From contig VMSZ01000010.1 in NCBI GenBank assembly GCA_013791885.1, positions 5,869-69,868 on the forward strand: a stretch of DNA of 64,000 nt, in the 5' to 3' direction. How positions within the stretch are numbered: position 1 is the first letter of the stretch; every line of letters begins with the position of its first letter. Positions 58,097 through 64,000 of this stretch are shown here, in pieces. This stretch comes from Sulfurimonas sp. Its GTDB lineage: Bacteria; Campylobacterota; Campylobacteria; Campylobacterales; Sulfurimonadaceae. Below the pieces are notes generated by a model that ran no database searches, was not told the DNA's origin, and saw only the letters and a list, made by a program, of their open reading frames with translations. A program made the translations under genes and the position numbers.

Positions 58097-59302
58097 TTGT
58101 CGCCATTTACGGTACTCTATTACTTTTTAAGTGTAACGCTCTATCTTGTAGCGTTACCTCTTTTAATCTATCTCTCTTTTAAACCAAAGTATAAACAATC
58201 CATACCCGCGCGTTTTTTTCTTTTAGGTAATCCTAGATTTAGCAACAAAGAGAGTATTTGGTTTCATGTCTGCTCTTTGGGTGAAGCAAGAGCGCTGAAG
58301 CCGCTTTTAGAGCTTCTTGGCAAGCAAGATATTAAAATAACTACCATAACGCAAACAGGCCACGAAGAAGCTAAAAAATATAATGCAGAGCTTCGTTATT
58401 TGCCGTATGAGATGTTTTTGCCTTTTTGGATGAGAAAAGAGAAACTGATCGTGGTTTTAGAAGCTGAGTTTTGGTACTTGCTTTTTAGGATTGCGTTTGC
58501 TCGGGGTACAAAGATTATACTTTTAAACGCACGTATTTCTGAAAAAAGTGCAAAAAAGTATTTGCAATTTGCCTGGTTTTATGAAAAGATTTTATCAAGA
58601 GTAGAGATTATTTTTGCCCAAAGTGAAGCAGATAAAAACAGGTTTTTAGCATTAGGCGCTAGAAATATAGAAGTAGTCGGTAATATTAAACTTGCTGCAA
58701 AAATAGAAAAAAATAAAGAGTACGCAAAGCCGCAAGAAGAATGTATTGTTGCGGGAAGTACCCATGAAGGTGAAGAGGAAAGTATCCTCAAAGCTTATAT
58801 TGAGTACAGAAAAATGAAAGATGCCAAACTGATTGTAGTTCCAAGACATCCGGAAAGATTTGAGAGTGTTTACAGCCTTTTGCAAAAATATGCGACTAAC
58901 AACAGTTTAACTCTTTCTCGTTTTTCACAAACGCAAGCTTTAGAAACTGATATAATTTTAGTCGACACAATGGGTGAACTCAATAACATATACGCAATCA
59001 GCGATATAGCAATTCTTGGCGGTGCGTTTAATGAAAATGTTGGCGGACATAATCCGCTTGAACCTGCTCATTTTGGATGTAAAATTATTACAGGCAAGCA
59101 CTTTTTTCATCAAAAAGAGCTTTTTAAGTACGTACATCATGTGCAATATGTAGAGCCTAATGAAATAGTCAAGGCACTTGCAGAGTGTAAAAATCTACCC
59201 TCTTCAATGGTTGAAGAGAAGATAGATTTAAACAGAGTAGTAGAGATGATACTCGAATCCAGTAAAGGAAAGAAAAAAAATGGAACAAGAAAAAGCATAT
59301 AA
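58097..59302 (+). CDS. waaA: 3-deoxy-D-manno-octulosonic acid transferase
   Basis: 401 aa. TTG start. N-terminal anchor, WFHVCSLGE and VPRHPERF motifs of KdtA/WaaA. Confidence 0.85.
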   Translation: MSPFTVLYYFLSVTLYLVALPLLIYLSFKPKYKQSIPARFFLLGNPRFSNKESIWFHVCSLGEARALKPLLELLGKQDIKITTITQTGHEEAKKYNAELRYLPYEMFLPFWMRKEKLIVVLEAEFWYLLFRIAFARGTKIILLNARISEKSAKKYLQFAWFYEKILSRVEIIFAQSEADKNRFLALGARNIEVVGNIKLAAKIEKNKEYAKPQEECIVAGSTHEGEEESILKAYIEYRKMKDAKLIVVPRHPERFESVYSLLQKYATNNSLTLSRFSQTQALETDIILVDTMGELNNIYAISDIAILGGAFNENVGGHNPLEPAHFGCKIITGKHFFHQKELFKYVHHVQYVEPNEIVKALAECKNLPSSMVEEKIDLNRVVEMILESSKGKKKNGTRKSI

Positions 59303-60014
59303 ACTTTTAGCAATACAAGAAGGTATTTCCAACAATGAAGCAAAGTCTATGATAGACCGAGGCTTGGTTTATGTAGGGAATAAGAAAGTTCTCATAGCTC
59401 GCGGAGATATAGATAACAGAACGACTTTTAGAGTAGAAAAAGTAGAAAAAATACGACCTATTTTTGAAAATGATGATTTAATAGTTGTGGATAAACCTGC
59501 ATTTGTTAACTCAGATGAAGTCGAGAGACAATTTAAACCGGCAGTACTCTTACATAGACTGGACCGTGAGACAAGTGGTGTTTTAATGCTTGTTAAAAAT
59601 GAAGAATTTCGTGAAAAAGCAATTAAAGAGTTTAAACAAGACAAGGTTTACAAAGAGTATATTGCCTGGGTTGAAGGTATCTTGAGTGAGCCGGTTGAAG
59701 TTGACAGACCTATCTTAACACAAAAGAAAAACAACAAAGCTTACTCTAATGTATCTTCAAAAGGAAAACCTGCAAGAAGTGAGTTTTTCCCAGATATTGT
59801 AAGCGCAAATAAAACAAAAATAAAATGTATTATTCATCACGGAAGAACACACCAGATTCGTACGCACTTACGTTATATTGACCATCCGATTGTAGGAGAC
59901 GAACAATACGGCGGTCGTCGTGCAAAACGCGTCATGCTTCACGCATACAAAGTAAGACTCCTTGGTATGGAGTTTGTAGCACAAGAGCCAAAAGCATTCG
60001 TGAACTTCGAGTAG
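59280..60014 (+). CDS. RluA-family pseudouridine synthase with S4-like N-terminus
   Basis: 244 aa. HRLDRETSGVL catalytic motif and HQIRTHL. Confidence 0.85.
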   Translation: MEQEKAYKLLAIQEGISNNEAKSMIDRGLVYVGNKKVLIARGDIDNRTTFRVEKVEKIRPIFENDDLIVVDKPAFVNSDEVERQFKPAVLLHRLDRETSGVLMLVKNEEFREKAIKEFKQDKVYKEYIAWVEGILSEPVEVDRPILTQKKNNKAYSNVSSKGKPARSEFFPDIVSANKTKIKCIIHHGRTHQIRTHLRYIDHPIVGDEQYGGRRAKRVMLHAYKVRLLGMEFVAQEPKAFVNFE

Positions 60015-60093
60015 GCTTAAAGAAAAATAAAAGCAAGTTTTAGATAAAATTCGCAACTTTTTACATCTAAAAAAATAATAAGGAGAGAGTCTC

Positions 60094-61440
60094 ATGTTTG
60101 ATACGTTAACAGAGTCATTTACAAGTGCTATTAAAAAAATTCGTTTTCATGATGACGACAAAGCGCTTTCAAAAGCACTGACTGAGCTCAAAAAAAACTT
60201 ATTAAAAGCAGATGTAAACCACAAAGTTGTCAAAGAACTTATAGATAAAGTTCAAATTGAGACGAAACTCAAAGGCATCGGCAAAGATCAATTTCTGTCG
60301 GCTTTAAAATCTTCCTTGTATGAGCTTTTAGAAATTGGCGGAAGCAGAGGTTTTGTGTTTGCTCCAAATCCTCCGACTGTTATTTTAATGACGGGACTTC
60401 AGGGCTCTGGTAAAACAACGACAACTGGTAAATTAGCTAATTATTTAAAAAACAAACAAAAGAAAGTTTTGGTTGTAGCGGCCGACTTACAGCGTTTAGC
60501 GGCGGTTGAGCAGTTACGCCAGATTACTGCGCAGATTGGCGTAGAGCTTTTTGAAGACGAAAGTACAAAAAATCCTGTAGAAGTAGTAAACGCAGCGCTT
60601 AAAAAAGCTAAAAGCGGAATTTATGATGTTGTACTTATAGATACTGCAGGACGTTTAGCAATTGACGATGAACTCATGAATGAGCTCTCAGATGTCAAAA
60701 AAGCAGCGCAGCCAAATGAAATTTTTTATGTAGCTGATTCACTAACTGGTCAAGATGCTATTAAAACTGCTGAGACTTTTAAAGAAAAAATTGGAATTCA
60801 TGGTGTTATATTAAGTAAATATGACGGTGATTCTAAGGGTGGAGTTGCTTTAGGTCTTTCTTCTCAAGTTCAAGTTCCATTGCGTTTCATCGGTAGCGGT
60901 GAAAAAATGGAAGACTTGGAAGTTTTCCTGCCTGATCGCGTTGTTAACCGTCTTATGGGTTTTGGAGATATTGAAGGTCTTGCTGAAAAGACGGCTTCAA
61001 TTATAGATGAAAAACAAGCAAAGAAGCTGACAAAAAAGATTCAAAAAGGTCAGTTTAACTATAATGACTTTTTAGAGCAGATGGAAAGCATGAAAAAAAT
61101 GGGAAGCATGAGCTCAATTATGGGAATGATTCCTGGTATGGGTAATATGTCTAAAGCCATTAAAGATTTTGATTTTGAAAATTCGAGTGAACTTAAAAAC
61201 ATAAGAGCTATGGTTTCTTCCATGACACTCAAAGAAAGAGAAGATCCAGATCTTTTAAACAACTCTCGTAAACAAAGAATAGCTGCAGGGTGTGGTTTGA
61301 CACAGGTTGAAATCAACAGAATGATTAAGCAGTTCAAAAACGCTGGAAAAATGGCTAAAAAATTCTCAGGACCAAAAGGCATGAAAGACCTTCAGGCTAT
61401 GATGGGGCAAATGGGCGGTGCGGGAGCACTTCGAAGATAG
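60094..61440 (+). CDS. ffh: Signal recognition particle protein Ffh
   Basis: 448 aa. GLQGSGKTTT, DTAGR, and a Met-rich M domain. Confidence 0.95.
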   Translation: MFDTLTESFTSAIKKIRFHDDDKALSKALTELKKNLLKADVNHKVVKELIDKVQIETKLKGIGKDQFLSALKSSLYELLEIGGSRGFVFAPNPPTVILMTGLQGSGKTTTTGKLANYLKNKQKKVLVVAADLQRLAAVEQLRQITAQIGVELFEDESTKNPVEVVNAALKKAKSGIYDVVLIDTAGRLAIDDELMNELSDVKKAAQPNEIFYVADSLTGQDAIKTAETFKEKIGIHGVILSKYDGDSKGGVALGLSSQVQVPLRFIGSGEKMEDLEVFLPDRVVNRLMGFGDIEGLAEKTASIIDEKQAKKLTKKIQKGQFNYNDFLEQMESMKKMGSMSSIMGMIPGMGNMSKAIKDFDFENSSELKNIRAMVSSMTLKEREDPDLLNNSRKQRIAAGCGLTQVEINRMIKQFKNAGKMAKKFSGPKGMKDLQAMMGQMGGAGALRR

Positions 61441-61556
61441 CTTCACTTTACGAATGTAAAGTTATGAACTCCTTAGAGTTTATAACTTTGCATTTAGGTG
61501 CAAAATTTAACATATACAGCTAGTTGAAATATGACTAGCGCAGAGAAGGACACAAC

Positions 61557-61787
61557 ATGGCAACAGTAATTCGCCTCACTAGAATGGGAAGAAAAAAACA
61601 ACCTTTTTACCGTATTGCGGTAACAGATTCACGTAAACGCAGAGATGGCGGTTGGATAGAACTCATTGGTCACTATAACCCAATGAATGATGAGAAAACT
61701 ATGGTAGTTGACACTGAGAGACTAGATTACTGGTTAAGCGTTGGCGCTAAAATGAGTGATCGCGTTAAAAAGATTACTGGTCGTTAA
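61557..61787 (+). CDS. rpsP: 30S ribosomal protein S16
   Basis: 76 aa. [20 protein letters not shown]. Confidence 0.95.
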   Translation: MATVIRLTRMGRKKQPFYRIAVTDSRKRRDGGWIELIGHYNPMNDEKTMVVDTERLDYWLSVGAKMSDRVKKITGR

Positions 61788-61789
61788 TT

Positions 61790-62026
61790 ATGATATCTGA
61801 TTTTGTCGCTAATTTTGCAAGACTGATTGCTTCTTATCCGGAAGACGTTAGAGTAGAAGTAAAGCAAGGCGATGAAATATCTGAAATTGTTCTCTATGCC
61901 AACCAAGCCGATATCGGTAAACTGATTGGTAAAGAGGGCAAAATGATTGGTGCAATCAAAACAGTTATTTCTGGCTGTAAAGCAAAAGATGGTATGAGTT
62001 ACCGTATAAATGTCGAAGCAGTTTAA
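61790..62026 (+). CDS. KH-domain RNA-binding protein (UPF0109)
   Basis: 78 aa. GKLIGKEGKMIGAIKTV KH motif and the canonical rpsP-KH-rimM position. Confidence 0.85.
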   Translation: MISDFVANFARLIASYPEDVRVEVKQGDEISEIVLYANQADIGKLIGKEGKMIGAIKTVISGCKAKDGMSYRINVEAV

Positions 62027-62555
62027 AGATAATGAACTTCTCCATATAGCTACAATAGGTAAAACTGTTGGGCTTAAGGGTGATTTGAAATTTCATATAC
62101 ATTGTGATTTTCCTGAGCAATTTAAAAGCGGGGCCTCATTTTTTTTACAAAATAAAGAGAAAATAACTCTTGAAAGTGTAAATCATGAAAGAGGTCTTAT
62201 TAGAATTTCCGGAATCTCAAATCCTGAAGATGCGAAAAAGTTTACGAACGCGCATCTTTTTACAACACACGAAGATACTAAAAAGTCTTGTCATCTTGAA
62301 GATGGGCAATTCTTTTGGTTTGACATTGTAGGTTGTAGTGTTTATGAAAATGAACTCTTACTCGGAGTGGTTGAAGAAGTTGAGCGTATAGCGATAAGTG
62401 ATTATTTAAACATTCAAACAAGTGAGGATTTAGTTAAAAAAAATCTTCCTAAAAGTTTTTTAATCCCTTATCATAAACCATTCATTTTGAACACGGATAT
62501 AGATAAAAAAATTATATTGGTTAGTGGCGGCTTTGATATTTTAGAAGCTTCATAA
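62010..62555 (+). CDS. rimM: Ribosome maturation factor RimM
   Basis: 181 aa. IGKTVGLKGDLKF motif, PRC-barrel C-terminus, conserved operon position. Confidence 0.88.
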   Translation: MSKQFKDNELLHIATIGKTVGLKGDLKFHIHCDFPEQFKSGASFFLQNKEKITLESVNHERGLIRISGISNPEDAKKFTNAHLFTTHEDTKKSCHLEDGQFFWFDIVGCSVYENELLLGVVEEVERIAISDYLNIQTSEDLVKKNLPKSFLIPYHKPFILNTDIDKKIILVSGGFDILEAS

Positions 62556-63259
62556 TGAAATTTACTTTTGTAACACTTTTTCCAAACCTTATAGAAGGTT
62601 ATTTTCAAGACTCGATTTTAAAACGAGCCATAGATAAAGATCTTTTGGAGATTCCTTATGTGAATCCAAGAGACTTTAGTGAAAATAAACACTCAAAAGT
62701 TGATGATACTGCAGTTGGCGGTGGAGCAGGGATGGTTATGAACCCTCAGCCTTTGTTTGACTCATTAAAAGAGTTGAAAAAAGAAGATGAGGGTGTTCAT
62801 ATAATATTTTTGACTCCGGTTGCAAAACCTTTTAGACAAAATGATGCTAAAAGGTTGGCCAATAAAAGCCATATAGCGTATGTCAGCGGAAGATATGAAG
62901 GCATTGATGAAAGGGTTATAGAAGAATTCGCAGATGAAGTTTTTAGTATTGGTGATTATATCCTGACTGGCGGGGAACTGGCTTCTTTGGTTATTTGTGA
63001 TGCAGTTTCTCGAAACATTGAAGGTGTTCTGGGAAACAGTGACTCTCTAGATATAGAGAGTTTTGAGACTCCTCTCTTGGAAGCTCCGTCATTTTCAAAA
63101 CCTAAAGAATATGAAAATAACAGTGTCCCATCAGAATACTTAAAGGGAAATCATAGTAATATTCGCTCACTAAAATTAGCCCTGTCTGAATGTAAGACTA
63201 AATTTTTCAGACCAGAGCAGCTATTAAAGCATAGAACAAGGAAATCTTATGAGAAATAA
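62555..63259 (+). CDS. trmD: tRNA (guanine37-N1)-methyltransferase
   Basis: 234 aa. [30 protein letters not shown]. Confidence 0.93.
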   Translation: MKFTFVTLFPNLIEGYFQDSILKRAIDKDLLEIPYVNPRDFSENKHSKVDDTAVGGGAGMVMNPQPLFDSLKELKKEDEGVHIIFLTPVAKPFRQNDAKRLANKSHIAYVSGRYEGIDERVIEEFADEVFSIGDYILTGGELASLVICDAVSRNIEGVLGNSDSLDIESFETPLLEAPSFSKPKEYENNSVPSEYLKGNHSNIRSLKLALSECKTKFFRPEQLLKHRTRKSYEK

Positions 63260-63608
63260 GTATATAGAAAACTTTGAAAAAGCACAATTGGCAGAGAAAA
63301 CTCTACCAGACTTTCGTGCGGGCGATACTGTTCGTTTAGCAGTAAAAATTAAAGAAGGTGACAAAACTCGTATCCAAGCATACGAAGGTGTTTGTATATC
63401 AAAACGCGGTCAAGGAACTGGTAAAACTATTACTGTTCGTAAAATTGGCGCTAACAGCATAGGAATTGAAAGAATATTCCCAATATACAGTGATTCAATT
63501 GATGAAATTACAGTTATTCGTCGCGGTCGTGTTCGTCGTGCGAAACTATTTTATCTTCGTGAACTTGCTGGTAAAAAAGCTCGTATTAAAGAACTTAGAA
63601 GAAAATAA
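63249..63608 (+). CDS. rplS: 50S ribosomal protein L19
   Basis: 119 aa. [11 protein letters not shown] and RRAKLFYLR. Confidence 0.95.
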   Translation: MRNKYIENFEKAQLAEKTLPDFRAGDTVRLAVKIKEGDKTRIQAYEGVCISKRGQGTGKTITVRKIGANSIGIERIFPIYSDSIDEITVIRRGRVRRAKLFYLRELAGKKARIKELRRK

Positions 63609-63727
63609 TTCTTCTAGGCTCTTGCCTCTCTTTGTAAACTACCTCTTCTTTATCAATCAATCTCTCAAAAATTATTCAATTTTAATCTTAACTATTTAGC
63701 CTATTTAAAGCGTTTGTGAGAAAAAAT

Positions 63728-63736
63728 TGTTATAAT
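63728..63736 (+). promoter_or_regulatory. Extended -10 promoter (TGTTATAAT) of the downstream amidotransferase gene
   Basis: TGnTATAAT 29 nt upstream of the ATG at 63765. AAGGA SD in between. Confidence 0.45.
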
Positions 63737-63764
63737 TCTCCACACAATAAAAGGAATAACCTTT

Positions 63765-64000
63765 ATGATATTAATGATAGACAATTATGACAGTTTTACT
63801 TATAATATAGTTCAGTATTGCAGGGAGCTCGGTGCTGATTTAAAAATAATCAGAAATGATGAAATGAGTGTTGAAGAGATTGAAAAACTGGGACCAGAAA
63901 AGATTATTATCTCACCTGGCCCTGCAACACCCGATGATGCCGGTGTCACACTTGCTGTAATTAATCATTTTAAAGATAAGTTGCCAATACTTGGAATTTG
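63765..64000 (+). CDS. Anthranilate/aminodeoxychorismate synthase glutamine amidotransferase component, 5' part only
   Basis: Translation MILMIDNYDSFTYNIVQYCRELGADLKIIRNDE...IIISPGPATPDDAG is typical TrpG/PabA. It runs off the window end and is not in the ORF track. Confidence 0.8.
   Translation, partial: MILMIDNYDSFTYNIVQYCRELGADLKIIRNDEMSVEEIEKLGPEKIIISPGPATPDDAGVTLAVINHFKDKLPILGI

Noticed and set aside
61441-61556. Several short hairpins between ffh and rpsP as a possible ribosomal-protein leader or sRNA
   Set aside because: The stems are short (6-7 bp) and AU-rich, and I recognise no known leader motif. They are most simply an ffh terminator region plus the rpsP promoter.
1-64000. CRISPR arrays, rRNA genes, IS elements, transposases, integrases, prophage genes
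   Set aside because: I saw no regularly spaced direct repeats, no rRNA-like sequence, and no ORF with transposase (DDE), integrase or phage structural signatures. The accessory-block idea therefore lacks a mobility gene.

Overview
AT-rich, densely packed bacterial chromosome segment of about 60 genes. It is almost certainly Campylobacterota (Epsilonproteobacteria). A Sulfurimonas/Sulfurovum-like origin is only a guess. Support for the phylum: gene orders I recall from Helicobacter (purD-RDD-lptD-PRT-pnp-atpE and truB-csrA-ispE-smpB), a futalosine-pathway radical SAM gene, fliW plus csrA, TGnTATAAT extended -10 promoters without a -35 box, and prepilin leaders of the A|FT(L/M)(I/L)E type. Most of the window is housekeeping: kdsA, ribH, nusB, recG, hpf, bamD, lon, uvrC, nadB, guaA, purD, lptD, pnp, atpE, tRNA-Leu(GAG), cysK, uvrD/pcrA, truB, csrA, ispE, smpB, waaA, and ffh-rpsP-KH-rimM-trmD-rplS. 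Four regions stand out. (1) 9.6-18.2 kb is an accessory-looking block between hpf and fliW. It holds a hipBA toxin-antitoxin pair and a self-contained operon encoding a 1669-aa secreted protein translationally coupled to three prepilin/pseudopilin-like genes. No pilus or T2SS assembly genes are in the window. The C-terminal half of the giant protein is packed with D/E-x-N-x-S/T (PglB-type) sequons. (2) 22.1-27.9 kb is a four-gene operon: stand-alone PAS protein, double-Hpt protein, NIT-domain hybrid histidine kinase, single-domain receiver. (3) 37.70-37.96 kb is a promoter- and terminator-bounded RNA of about 200-250 nt that folds as a rod with a central bubble, directly upstream of purD. It is 6S-RNA-like. 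(4) 34.96-37.64 kb is a hybrid kinase with a SPOR-like extracytoplasmic domain and a His-less Hpt-like tail. I saw no CRISPR array, rRNA, transposase or integrase. All calls come from reading the sequence and ORF translations. No database search was run.
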